From positions 1 to 64,000 of the forward strand of contig CAVSGO010000003.1 of assembly GCA_963727525.1 (NCBI GenBank): a stretch of DNA of 64,000 bases. The letters are read 5' to 3'. Source of the DNA: an uncultured bacterium (GTDB lineage: Bacteria; Krumholzibacteriota; Krumholzibacteriia; LZORAL124-64-63). A model generated the notes under the pieces. The model was not told the origin of the DNA and did not search any database. It saw nothing but the letters and a program-made list of their open reading frames with translations. Position numbers and translations under genes: made by a program. Positions 54,339-64,000 of this stretch are shown in pieces. Numbering within the stretch: the first letter of the stretch is position 1; each line of letters starts with the position of its first letter.

Positions 54339-56975
54339 TCACCGCCCGTCGCTCTCCTCGGCACCCAGCATCCCCCGCAACCGCGCAGCCTCCTCGCCAT
54401 ACCCCTTGCCTGGCTCCGCGGCGTTCCACCGCTCGAGTGTCGTGGCTGCGGTATTGATCACGTCCACGTTGTCGCAGTCGAAGAGCGGGAGTGCAGGGAG
54501 CGCTTGGTCGAGCAGCTTGACCGACTCCACCTTCTCGTCGCGCGCCATCAGGGCGAGGGCGAGGCGGACCTCGGCCAGCTCGAGTTCCTCGGCCTCGTGG
54601 TCGCGGGATTTCATGGCGTTGACGAGGGAGCGGAGTTCTTGCTCGGCCTCGCGGTGGCGGCCCAGCTTGAGCAGGATCATCGCGTGGATGCCGCGGGCGT
54701 TGTCCGTGTCGGGATGGTCGGGGCCGCGGACGCGGCGGGTGCGTTTCAGGGCGTCGACGATCAGAGTTTCCGCGGCGGCCGCGTCGCCGGTGTGGGCCAT
54801 CGCTCTCGCTTGCAGCGCGAGGGAGCTGAGGGTCAGGGGGTGGTCCTCTCCGAGCACGCGTCGTCGCAATTCGTATGTCTGGCGGTGAAGCTCCTCGGCG
54901 GCGGTCCAATCGCCGAGCATGGCGTCGACCTCGGCGACGTTGTTCATGCTGTTCAGGGTGACGGGATTCTCGGGGCCGAGTATCCGCTTCTTGGCTTCCA
55001 GGGCGCGGATCATGTACTGGCGCGCTTCTCGTAGGTGGCCCTGGTTGGCGAGGACGTTGCCCAGGTTGTTGAGGATGCGCAGGGTCTCGGGGGCGTTCTC
55101 GCCGACCGTCCGCTCCATGACCGCGAGGGCTCGCTTGTCGATGGCCTCGCATGCGTCGTAGCGTCCGGTGCGCTGGTAGATGTTGGCGAGGTTGGTCATG
55201 GTATGCACGGTGTTGAGATGATCCTCGCCGAGTGCGGTTTCCTGCCAGTGGAGGACGTCCTCGAAGATGCTCGTGGCTTCGGTCAATCGCCCGTCGTCCT
55301 GGTAGATCAAGGCCAACGTGACCTTCCATTCGGCCACGTCCTCGGCCTGGTCGGGCGGGGCGTGCTTTCCGTAGTCCAGCGCGTGGCGCAGCTCGCGTTC
55401 GGCGTCGTCCGTCCGGCCCAGGCGATACAGGGCCAGCGCCTCATCGCGATGGGCCCAGGCGGTCTGGAGGTTATCCTCGCCCTGGTGGGCCGTGCGCAGC
55501 GCGACCGCGCGCACGAGTTGCGGCAGCGCGGCTTCGTAGTCCCCGCACGACAGGTAGGTGTTGCCCAGGGTCTTACGGATCGCCGCCTCGACCAGCGGCT
55601 TGTCGGCGAAGCGGCCGCCCGGCGCGGCCGACGAGTCGAGGCGGGCTGCGGCCACGTCGAGCACGTCGCGAATCCGGACGTCGATTCCCCGGCCCTTCTG
55701 GTTCGACGGCGCGGCGGCGGAGAGCAGGTCGTTGTTTAGGAAGTCGTTGACGGCCTGCGCGATCGCGGCCTGGCGGGTGGCCTCGCGGGCCTCGATGGCG
55801 GCCCGGTGCTCCGCGCGCTTCGCCCGCCAGAGCCCCCACGAGCTCGCGGTGACGCCAAGCACGAGCACGACGAAGATCACGATCAGGGCCCGAAATGCGC
55901 CGCGGTTGCGGCGGATGAGCTTCCCCAGGCGGTACCCGGCGCTCGGCGGCCGCGCCATCACGGGCTCGTCGGCAAGAAACCTCCCGATGTCCGCGGCCAG
56001 ACCGTTCGCGGTCTCGTAGCGGCGGTTGCGGTCCTTCTCCATCGCCTTGAGCACGATCCAGTCGAGGTCGCCCTGGAGCGACCGCCTCAGGCGCTGCGGC
56101 TCGGTGGCACGGAGAGCCGCGATCGACGTGGCCTGCGGGCCGGCGAGCGATTCCAGCTTCCGGCTCGGAGTCAGCGGATCCTCGTCGCGGATGACGCGCC
56201 GCATCTCGTCGATGCCCGCGCGGCGCAACGAGTGGATGTCGAACGGCGGGCTTCCCGCGAGCAGCTCGTAGAGCATGACGCCCAGCGAGTAGATGTCCGC
56301 GCGGGTGTCGACATCCTCGGAAGTGAGGTCGGCCTGTTCGGGGCTCATGTACTCGGGAGTGCCGATGAACGACCCGATCGCCGTGAACATCGTCTGCTCG
56401 GCCAGATTCTGGGCGGTCGCCTTGGCCACGCCGAAGTCGATGATCTTGGGGACCGGCTTGCCGTCGATCTCGGTGACGAGGACGTTGGTCGGCTTCAGGT
56501 CGCGGTGGATCACGGCTTTCTGGTGGGCGTGCTGGACACCCTGGCACACGTCGGTGAAGAGCTGCAGGCGCTGGCGAGTGTCGAGCTTGTGGCAGTCGCA
56601 GAACTCGTTCAACGGCATGCCGGCCACGTATTCCATCACGAAATACGGGCTGCCGTCCGGCGCGGCTCCCGCGTCGAGGACCTTGGCGATACAGGTGTGG
56701 TTCATCAGCGCCAGCGCCTGGCGCTCCGCCTCGAAGCGGGCGATGATCGCGCGGGAATCCATGCCGCGCTTGATGATCTTGACCGCGACGTCGCGCCGCA
56801 GCGGTTCCTTCTGCTCGGCGAACCACACCTCGCCCATCCCGCCCTCGCCGATCTTGTGCAGCAACCGGTAGGGACCGAGGGTCCTGGGCACCGAGTCCGC
56901 GGAGCGCCCCGCTGCCGTGTTCGCATCGTCGCCGAAGGGGCCCCCCGGAGTCGTGGGGGCGTCGTCGTTGGCCAT
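54339..56975 (-). CDS. Ser/Thr kinase with a TM segment and TPR repeats
   Basis: IGEGGMGEV, HRDLKPTN, DFG, GTPEYMSPEQ, DIYSLG; LGEDHP/LGPENP TPR repeats. Confidence 0.95.
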   Translation of the reverse strand: MANDDAPTTPGGPFGDDANTAAGRSADSVPRTLGPYRLLHKIGEGGMGEVWFAEQKEPLRRDVAVKIIKRGMDSRAIIARFEAERQALALMNHTCIAKVLDAGAAPDGSPYFVMEYVAGMPLNEFCDCHKLDTRQRLQLFTDVCQGVQHAHQKAVIHRDLKPTNVLVTEIDGKPVPKIIDFGVAKATAQNLAEQTMFTAIGSFIGTPEYMSPEQADLTSEDVDTRADIYSLGVMLYELLAGSPPFDIHSLRRAGIDEMRRVIRDEDPLTPSRKLESLAGPQATSIAALRATEPQRLRRSLQGDLDWIVLKAMEKDRNRRYETANGLAADIGRFLADEPVMARPPSAGYRLGKLIRRNRGAFRALIVIFVVLVLGVTASSWGLWRAKRAEHRAAIEAREATRQAAIAQAVNDFLNNDLLSAAAPSNQKGRGIDVRIRDVLDVAAARLDSSAAPGGRFADKPLVEAAIRKTLGNTYLSCGDYEAALPQLVRAVALRTAHQGEDNLQTAWAHRDEALALYRLGRTDDAERELRHALDYGKHAPPDQAEDVAEWKVTLALIYQDDGRLTEATSIFEDVLHWQETALGEDHLNTVHTMTNLANIYQRTGRYDACEAIDKRALAVMERTVGENAPETLRILNNLGNVLANQGHLREARQYMIRALEAKKRILGPENPVTLNSMNNVAEVDAMLGDWTAAEELHRQTYELRRRVLGEDHPLTLSSLALQARAMAHTGDAAAAETLIVDALKRTRRVRGPDHPDTDNARGIHAMILLKLGRHREAEQELRSLVNAMKSRDHEAEELELAEVRLALALMARDEKVESVKLLDQALPALPLFDCDNVDVINTAATTLERWNAAEPGKGYGEEAARLRGMLGAEESDGR

Positions 56976-57132
56976 GGTTCGTCTCCGACATCTTCGAGTG
57001 AGGTGGCGATTCTAGACGACCAGAATCATTGACTAAAGATAGACGTCTTCAATGCCGTGGCGATCGCGATGGAGGGTGCGATGGCGAAGCCGCTGAAATT
57101 CCGGACGGTCTGGTTCCTACTGCCACGCAACC

Positions 57133-57687
57133 CTAACGATGCCAACTCTTGACCCCTCCCCAGGATATCCCCTCCACCGGCACATCCCCTGCCGGCGACC
57201 ATCTCAACACCACCTCACCGTCATAGGCCGGCCACGGGTATGCACCCAGTACCTGCACATTGAGCTCGACGCTGTACACACCAGGCGCGAGATCGAGGTC
57301 CACCTCCGACGGCGCGGGAGCGGCCGGGAAGATGGGTTCGACTGTCCCGTCGGGATGCGTCAGGGTGCGCATGTGTTGCGAGATCGGTTCCACGTCGGTG
57401 AAGGAGCGTCGGGCGTTGACGTGCGTCGGCTCGACGAGGAGCACCGTGCAGGTGAGGGTGACTTCGTAGGTGATCTCGATGAGGAAGGTGCCTTCCTCGG
57501 GGGCCCAGGTGCCGTGGAACTCGAGGCTGTCGGCGCCGCAATGGGCCGGCCAGGGGTTCACGCAATAGATGCCCGAGCCGTCGGCTTCGGTGGCGTGGAA
57601 GGAGGGGCCGTCGGCGCTGGTGACGTCGACGGCGCGGACGGAAAGCGATGTGGCGGCGACCAGTATCAGGGCGGTGATGGCTGGCAT
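57133..57687 (-). CDS. Secreted hypothetical protein with a SWxxVKS C-terminal motif
   Basis: Signal peptide; ends VPVEGISWGGVKSWHR; GAGGAGG upstream. Confidence 0.7.
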   Translation of the reverse strand: MPAITALILVAATSLSVRAVDVTSADGPSFHATEADGSGIYCVNPWPAHCGADSLEFHGTWAPEEGTFLIEITYEVTLTCTVLLVEPTHVNARRSFTDVEPISQHMRTLTHPDGTVEPIFPAAPAPSEVDLDLAPGVYSVELNVQVLGAYPWPAYDGEVVLRWSPAGDVPVEGISWGGVKSWHR

Positions 57688-58036
57688 GAGGTTCGATCAG
57701 CGCACGCGCGACCTCCTCGATGGGGGATTGTCCCACGCGTCCGAGGATACCACGACGCGGTTTGCTCCGCGACCTCACATCTGGTGATATCGTCTCCCTA
57801 TCCGTGCACGAATCCTCCCGACCCGGCTGCGAATCACGGTTGACTTTCCACTGGGCAGCCGCAGGTAAAGGGCGCGCAGACCCTGGCGACGACAACGAGA
57901 TCCGCCATGTGAGCGCAATCCCTACGGCCGCAGACCCAGGGTAAGATCGAGCGGTAGCACCGGACAATGGCGAAAGTGGCCAGGCTGCAGAACGACTAGC
58001 TGCCGGTGCGTCAGGTTTACCGGGGACTACTGGTGC

Positions 58037-58129
58037 CTACCGCCGACGCCGGCCCCAGTAGTAGCCGCCGCCGCCGCCGAACACGACCACGAGCACGACA
58101 ATGAGGATGATCAGGGTACCCGTACTCAT
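58037..58129 (-). CDS. 30-aa small membrane protein (DUF3309-like)
   Basis: MSTGTLIILIVVLVVVFGGGGGYYWGRRRR with an AAAGGA ribosome-binding site; below the ORF-track cutoff. Confidence 0.65.
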   Translation of the reverse strand: MSTGTLIILIVVLVVVFGGGGGYYWGRRRR

Positions 58130-58149
58130 GATGATTGTTCCTTTCGAAC

Positions 58150-58181
58150 GGACGAACGCGACGCGGGTGTCGCGTTCGTCC
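58150..58181. terminator. Perfect 13-bp-stem hairpin downstream of csbD
   Basis: GGACGAACGCGAC-GCGGGT-GTCGCGTTCGTCC; no clear U-tract. Confidence 0.5.
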
Positions 58182-58198
58182 TTGTGACGTTCGGAGCG

Positions 58199-58384
58199 CT
58201 ACCGCGACCCGTGCTTCTGCGACTTCCTCATATCCTTCGTCACAGCCTTGACCTCGTTGGCCGCGCCCTCGAGGTGCCCCTTGGCCTCGTCACGCTTGCC
58301 GTCGCGTTTCATCTTGTCGTTGCCGGTGGCGGCGCCGACGGCCTGCTTGACGTGGCCCTTAGCCTTGTCCGTGTGCTCACCCAT
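58199..58384 (-). CDS. CsbD family stress protein
   Basis: DKAKGHVKQAVGAATGNDKMKRDGKRDEAKG; AAGGAG ribosome-binding site. Confidence 0.85.
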   Translation of the reverse strand: MGEHTDKAKGHVKQAVGAATGNDKMKRDGKRDEAKGHLEGAANEVKAVTKDMRKSQKHGSR

Positions 58385-58450
58385 GGGATCTCTCCTTGTC
58401 AATACGCAACCACTTGATGTCGTCGGAATTGACGAGCATCACAACCGCGT

Positions 58451-58813
58451 TCAGTCTCCCCAGTATGGTCGGGAACCGTAGTACTTGTGGATCTCGCCAC
58501 CCCAGATTCGGTCCGAAAAATCAGGCCAGGGTTCATTCTTGTCGAACCCGGGAGCAGCCTTGAGTTTTTCCTTGCCCACATCGAGTATGAGCTTTTTCTC
58601 GGTGTTGGCGAATTCGAACGCACTCCAGGGTACGGCGTAATGATTACCGCTGAAGGAGAGCACCGCATAAGCCAGGTGCCCCGTATTTGCGTCGATCATC
58701 AGGTCATCGATCTTGCCCAGCTTCTCATCCTCGCGGTTGACAACCGACTCGCCCTTGATCGTCGTCGCGGAAACGACGCCGTACTTTTGCTGTGACGTCC
58801 TCGTGGTTACCAT
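58451..58813 (-). CDS. PRC-barrel domain protein
   Basis: SATTIKGESVVN..EKLGKIDDLMID..G.LAYAVLSF, AVPWSAF, KLKAAPGFD, YYGSRPYW. Confidence 0.88.
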   Translation of the reverse strand: MVTTRTSQQKYGVVSATTIKGESVVNREDEKLGKIDDLMIDANTGHLAYAVLSFSGNHYAVPWSAFEFANTEKKLILDVGKEKLKAAPGFDKNEPWPDFSDRIWGGEIHKYYGSRPYWGD

Positions 58814-59232
58814 AGGGTATTCCTTGCTTTGGACTTGCCGAACATTCCGGGTCAGTAATCCGCATGAAGCGAGATTTGTGCCGACGATGTGGTTTCATGT
58901 AAGTGGCGGTGGCCGCTGGCTTTGGACAAGGCTGGACCGCAAGTAGCAGGCCGTGGACGACGTCAGAATGATGGTGGAGGCCATCAGAATCGCTTTGATT
59001 TCTCAAGCTCCTCCTGAAATCGGACAGCGGTTACCGCCATCGCTACGGCCGCCGCCACCCTCACCTGTCGGAATTGCCAGGTCAGACCTGCCAGGATCGC
59101 GTGATATTGCTCAAGGAGTTTCAGTGTCGGACGATCTCGTGTTCCGGCGACCTTGGTAAAAGCGCCGAGTTGTCGTCCCGGGCGCTGGAGGGTACCTGGG
59201 TAGGGATTCTCTCCAGTCCCCGGAGGTGTCGG

Positions 59233-61053
59233 ATGTTCCGCAATCAGAGCATCGGTCGTCGTATCGGTCTTGGATTCGGGTTCGTTATCGGCCTATTGAC
59301 CGTCGTCGGCGTATGGTCCGTGCTTGGAGTGCGGAGCATTTCAAAGAGCACCGCAGATATTGCCGTCGGAAACGACCTCAAGGCGGAGATTCTCCAGCGA
59401 GAAGTCGACCACCTTCGATGGGCCGCGAAGATCGGCCAACTACTCGACGACCCCGCCGTGACGGAACTCAATGTGGAAACCGACGACCACAAATGCGGTT
59501 TCGGGAAATGGTACTATGGTGAAGGCCGCAAACAAGCAGAGTCCTGGCTGCCTGACCTTGCGCCGACCCTGGCGAACCTCGCCGAACCGCATCGCCAGCT
59601 CCATGAAACGGCAATCGGAATTGGCCAGGCGTTTCGGCCCGCCGACGCCGATCAGGCAATGCTCCTCCGTGACGCGAAATCCGGCCACCTGGCGTGGCTC
59701 GAGAAGGTTCTGAGGCAGATTGTTAGCGACGATAGCGTGGAGATCACGGGAGTGGAGACCGATCCCACGCTCTGCGTCCTTGGCCGTTGGCTCCAATCAG
59801 ACGATCTGCAGAAGTTTCGGGCGACAAGTCCAGAAGCGGATGCCCTGTTGGCGCAGCTCCAGAGTATGCATCAAGAGCTCCACGGAGAAGTCGCCGTGCT
59901 CAATGGCGCGCTTGCATCCGGACAGCACGGTGTAGCAAGGCAGCACTTCCGGGAAACGACACAGCCGATGGCCGATCAGACGATTGGCACGATCGACAAA
60001 CTCACGGCGCTTGTCGACGACCATCTGGACGGTGCGAAAGAAGCGACGCGAATCTACACCGAAAAGACATTGCCGATCCTGGCTCGGGTCCAGGAGCTGC
60101 TTGGCGAAGTGGCCACGACGACCGTCGTCAAGGTGTCAGAGGAAGAGAAGAACACGATTGCAGCCGCGCATCACACGCAGCAGGCTGTGATTCTCTGCAG
60201 CATACTGGCGGCGCTTCTCGGGAGTGGCCTCGCGTTCTTCCTCGGTCGCGGAATCGTACAGACGTTGCGTACGGCCATTGGGAGCCTACGTTCTGGTGCC
60301 GAGCAAGTCGCCGCGGCGGCTCAACAGGTCGCCGATTCGAGCCAGAGTCTGGCCGAAGGTGCAAGTGACCAAGCATCCAGTCTGGAACAGACAGCGGCCT
60401 CGCTCGAAGAAATGGCGGCGATGACGAGCCGCAATACCGAGGGTGCGCACCAGGCTCTCGATACGACAACCCGAGTCAGCGGTGTCTCGCAGGCGGGCCA
60501 GCACGCACTCGAACGCATGACAACGGCGATCGAGAGGATCAAGGAGTCGTCGGACGCTACGGCGCGAGTGATCAAGACGATTGATGAGATTGCTTTCCAG
60601 ACAAACCTCCTCGCGCTCAACGCCGCCGTAGAAGCCGCACGCGCCGGCGAGGCCGGCAAGGGGTTTGCGGTGGTCGCCGAGGAAGTCCGTAATCTCGCAC
60701 AACGCAGTGCGGAGTCGGCCCGAAACACCGCGACCCTGATCGAATCCGCGCAATCCAATGCCCAGGGTGGTGTCGCGGTCACGGAGGAAGTCGCCAAGCT
60801 GTTGGCCGATATCATCACGGGCGTAACCGAAGTCCAGGAAATCGTCGGAAACGTCACGTCCGCGAGCGAGGAGCAAGCTCGAGGCATATCAGAGATTACC
60901 ACGGCCACAGACCAGATGGACAAGATCACGCAGACAAACGCCGCCGGGGCTGAAGAATCGGCGTCAGCGAGCGAAGAACTGTCCGCGCAAGCGGCCGAGA
61001 TGGCGGAGATCGTCGACCAACTCAGTGTCCTGATCGGCGGCCACGTTGATTGA
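59233..61053 (+). CDS. Methyl-accepting chemotaxis protein with two CZB-like domains
   Basis: [19 protein letters not shown] and [20 protein letters not shown]; signalling domain [34 protein letters not shown]. Confidence 0.93.
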   Translation: MFRNQSIGRRIGLGFGFVIGLLTVVGVWSVLGVRSISKSTADIAVGNDLKAEILQREVDHLRWAAKIGQLLDDPAVTELNVETDDHKCGFGKWYYGEGRKQAESWLPDLAPTLANLAEPHRQLHETAIGIGQAFRPADADQAMLLRDAKSGHLAWLEKVLRQIVSDDSVEITGVETDPTLCVLGRWLQSDDLQKFRATSPEADALLAQLQSMHQELHGEVAVLNGALASGQHGVARQHFRETTQPMADQTIGTIDKLTALVDDHLDGAKEATRIYTEKTLPILARVQELLGEVATTTVVKVSEEEKNTIAAAHHTQQAVILCSILAALLGSGLAFFLGRGIVQTLRTAIGSLRSGAEQVAAAAQQVADSSQSLAEGASDQASSLEQTAASLEEMAAMTSRNTEGAHQALDTTTRVSGVSQAGQHALERMTTAIERIKESSDATARVIKTIDEIAFQTNLLALNAAVEAARAGEAGKGFAVVAEEVRNLAQRSAESARNTATLIESAQSNAQGGVAVTEEVAKLLADIITGVTEVQEIVGNVTSASEEQARGISEITTATDQMDKITQTNAAGAEESASASEELSAQAAEMAEIVDQLSVLIGGHVD

Positions 61054-61351
61054 GGCCTGCATGTTGCGCCAGCAGATCGTTGTGCCGCAGCGGACGAGTC
61101 TCGGGGCTGTCGTTGAGCCCGGCAGTTTCTGCCGCGTCCCACGCCGGACGGCGTGAGACTGGACTGCTAATTTTCACGCAGGGTGCGGGCCGAGATCACC
61201 TTTGAGACGATTTCGTTCTGCCCGGATCGGTGACGTCCCTCCGCGCAGGACGTGGTACGCGCCTTGCAGCCGTCACCGTCGATCTCTAGCCGAGTCGACC
61301 CGAACGTTGGGCCCTCGCCATGTCACAATTCTCCATCGTGAGGGATGAACG

Positions 61352-62329
61352 ATGAACAAGATCCTGACTTACGTTCTCGTCGCGGCCGTCTGCGGCCTGG
61401 GTGCCTGCGGAAGCGACGACGACCCTGCGCAGCCGGCTGACCAGGGCGGCGGCGGCGTTCCCATGTACCAGGCCGTGAAGCAGGCCGCGCCCGCGTTCGA
61501 GCCCGCAGTCAAGGCCAGCACGGATTTCTCGGACCAGGCCATGATGGTCGCTTACCAGCTCCTGCGAGACTACACCTACCCGGATGACGAGGGTCAGGTG
61601 GATATGAGTAACATCTACAAGGTGCTCTGGGAGACGAACAACTACCTCCTGGGCGCAAGCTCGCGGGGAACGTCCACCATCGACGCGACCGACACCGCAA
61701 TATCGCCCTTCGCGTTCAGCGATTTCCTCGGCCAGTCGTACACCGCCGGCGTTGCCAACGAGGAGGGCGGCTACGGCAGCAGCATCGCGTACTCCGTGGA
61801 CGGCAACACGCAGCGGCTCCTGGTGTCCTACAAGTGGGCGCCCGACGCCGCCGAACAGATCACGATCGGCGTGATCCAGGCCCAGTACGACTCGACGAGC
61901 GGCGATGTCGCCGTGCGCTTCGCGCAGACCGTGCAGTACCCCGCCGGCAGCGCCATGGGCGGCGACAACGGCTCCGGCTTCGCCATCCGCGCCCAGATCG
62001 ACGGCAACAGCCTGACTCACACGTTCGAGCTCAAGATGGCACTCAATGAGACGTCCCTGGTCGCCAGGGGCATCTCGCGCGGCGCCGGAAATTACTTCCT
62101 GTTCCGCTGCGGTGACAACTACTACAGCGTGCCCGCGGATGCCACCGAGGCGGACCTCGCGAGCCTGACGCCCACGGACCTCGCCGGCATCGCAGCCGAG
62201 TGCGCCGCCTACGCCGACGCCGTCTCGGGGATGACTCCCTACGACGTCGAGACGGATCTGCCGGCCCTCGACCTGAGCGACTTCGACGGCGGTGTGTCCG
62301 GCACACCCGTGCACTACCTCATGTTCTGA
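61352..62329 (+). CDS. Hypothetical lipoprotein
   Basis: Signal peptide with an LGAC lipobox followed by GSDDD. Confidence 0.75.
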   Translation: MNKILTYVLVAAVCGLGACGSDDDPAQPADQGGGGVPMYQAVKQAAPAFEPAVKASTDFSDQAMMVAYQLLRDYTYPDDEGQVDMSNIYKVLWETNNYLLGASSRGTSTIDATDTAISPFAFSDFLGQSYTAGVANEEGGYGSSIAYSVDGNTQRLLVSYKWAPDAAEQITIGVIQAQYDSTSGDVAVRFAQTVQYPAGSAMGGDNGSGFAIRAQIDGNSLTHTFELKMALNETSLVARGISRGAGNYFLFRCGDNYYSVPADATEADLASLTPTDLAGIAAECAAYADAVSGMTPYDVETDLPALDLSDFDGGVSGTPVHYLMF

Positions 62330-62365
62330 TCCGGCGCGCTGGATCGCTGCGATCACAGACCACAC

Positions 62366-62393
62366 GGAGGACCCGGGGCAACTCGGGTCCTTC
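62366..62393 (+). terminator. Hairpin after the lipoprotein gene
   Basis: GGAGGACCCGGG-GCAA-CTCGGGTCCTTC with a GNRA loop. Confidence 0.55.
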
Positions 62394-62613
62394 GTATTCC
62401 CGTGTTCACGTGGAGGAGAGCGGGGGAACGCCCTCGTCGCCACATCCATCGGGACCCGTTCGATCCCGCGACCACTGCCGCAGCCACGGATATGCGCACC
62501 TTGCCGCACGACGATTTCATCAGAAATTTCGGTGTCGATAGTCACAAATCTGTGCCTGTATCGTATGATTCGCCAGCCCCAGGATGGCTGGCCACAGACG
62601 GAAGGGAGCCCCG

Positions 62614-63858
62614 ATGAATCTCACGCGTGTAGGGTTTGCAATATCGGCTCTTGTCGCCTTCGGCGCGGTGGTCGCCGCTGCCGGTGAAGTGGAACTGGTC
62701 GACGGGGTCCCCCACGTCCACGTCGGAGCCGAGCCGGATGACGGCATCCGGACGCTCCACCTGCGGGAGCTCTGGCACATCGATGCGGAGGACGAGGAAC
62801 AGCTGATCGGCGTCGTCTCCGGCGTTCTGGCCGGTCCCGAAGGCACGACATACATGGGCGACCAGCAGCTGGGCCAGATTCTGGTGTACGGGTCCGATGG
62901 CGAGTACATGCGCACCCTCAGCCGGCAAGGCGAGGGGCCGGGCGAGATCAATGCTCCGCACAACCTGGTCTGGCTGCCGGATGGCTCCCTCGGGATCATC
63001 GACCGCAAACCCGGCCAGATCACGACCCTGGACGCGGCTGGTCTGCCATTGTCCCCTATTCGTCTGCGGGGCAGCGACGGGGAGCCCATGGCATCGGCCC
63101 AGTTGATGTCGGTGCGGTGCCGCGGCGGCACCCTGGCGCTGAGCGGAACCCAGTTCGGATTCGATGATGGCCCACCGACCCAGACCCGTTTCTTCTCCAT
63201 CTTCGACGCCAAGGGTCGCGAGGTGAAACGCCTCATGGAGGCCCCATCGGGCTTCGACTTCGGCGCGCGGACCTACGACGAGAAGGCTGACTACTTCGTC
63301 AATACCGGTGTTTGGGCCATTGATGGTCGCGGCCGCGTCTATCACGCCCCGTACTACGATCGCTACCTCATCGAGGTCCACGACGCCGAGGGTCGCCTGA
63401 TCCAGGTCATCGAACGGGACTTCGTGGCCGCCAAACGCACCTCCAAGGAAAAGGAAGAAATCCGGAAGAACACGGTGATGACGATCGATGGCGAATTCAT
63501 CCCCCTCGATTGCGACCTGCAGGACCGTCACGCCGCCATCGGCGGTATCGAGGCGGGGCTCGGCGATGGGATCTGGGTCCGCAACGGACGCGACGAGCAC
63601 GACCTTCCCGCCGGGATCATTCGCTCCTACGATGTCTTCGACGGGGATGGGAATTTCCGCGAAGTGGTCCGTCTGGCCGGCGAGATGGACAAGGACGCGG
63701 ATAGGCTCTACCACCTGGCCGATGATCGCTGGATACTGCTGCGCAATATCGCGGCCGCCAGACGGGCCATGTTTGCTACCTACAACGCCAAGAAGAAGGC
63801 GACGGGAGAGGTTGAGGACATCAGGCCGCTGCAGATCGTCTGCCTGCAACCCGTCTAA
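62614..63858 (+). CDS. Secreted 6-bladed beta-propeller-like protein
   Basis: Signal peptide, RTLSRQGEGPGEI, and repeated beta-blade DxxG motifs. Confidence 0.7.
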   Translation: MNLTRVGFAISALVAFGAVVAAAGEVELVDGVPHVHVGAEPDDGIRTLHLRELWHIDAEDEEQLIGVVSGVLAGPEGTTYMGDQQLGQILVYGSDGEYMRTLSRQGEGPGEINAPHNLVWLPDGSLGIIDRKPGQITTLDAAGLPLSPIRLRGSDGEPMASAQLMSVRCRGGTLALSGTQFGFDDGPPTQTRFFSIFDAKGREVKRLMEAPSGFDFGARTYDEKADYFVNTGVWAIDGRGRVYHAPYYDRYLIEVHDAEGRLIQVIERDFVAAKRTSKEKEEIRKNTVMTIDGEFIPLDCDLQDRHAAIGGIEAGLGDGIWVRNGRDEHDLPAGIIRSYDVFDGDGNFREVVRLAGEMDKDADRLYHLADDRWILLRNIAAARRAMFATYNAKKKATGEVEDIRPLQIVCLQPV

Positions 63859-64000
63859 CGTGCCACGAAGAATGTTGACGGGTCCAGCGCTTGCCTGGGC
63901 CCGTCCTCATGAACACCAAAACCCTCACTTCATGCCCTACGCTTCCTCCCCACTGCCCCAACCCTAACTGCAAATACCACAAGCCTCAGCCGCATTCCTG

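Noticed and set aside
41260-57100. Integron cassette array
   Set aside because: No integron integrase; genes lie in mixed orientations; isolated GTTAGGC/CTAAC hits do not form paired attC structures that I could verify.

Overview
GC-rich bacterial accessory region in three parts. (1) Bases 1 to ~27.4 kb look like an integrative defence island. It holds a large serine recombinase, a SpoVG-like gene, a DUF3987/YfjI helicase with converging iteron-like repeats, a Toprim primase-like gene, a SIR2-like gene coupled to a ~1400-aa STAND/Avs-like NTPase, a complete class I DISARM operon (drmD-drmMI-drmA-drmB-drmC) and AbiE-type (type IV) toxin-antitoxin genes. Most ORFs here carry 1-nt frameshifts that are probably long-read consensus errors. 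The segment ends at a possible displaced tRNA 3' end followed by a terminator. (2) 27.7-38.5 kb holds an intact, translationally coupled mukF-mukE-mukB operon, clearly similar to enterobacterial MukBEF, followed by a JetD-like Toprim nuclease gene (Wadjet-like). Divergent from it is an ATPase-Schlafen/AlbA_2 fusion. (3) 38.5-64 kb holds two Ser/Thr kinases, secreted proteins (two share a SWxxVKSxxR C-terminal motif), two Fic genes, a GntR/ABC operon, an AAA_14-DUF4143 ATPase, many gene scraps and orphan palindromes, two copies of a 42-aa membrane microprotein missed by the ORF track, a CsbD/PRC-barrel stress cluster and a CZB chemoreceptor. No CRISPR array, rRNA or complete tRNA was seen. All family calls come from recognising motifs by eye, not from database searches.
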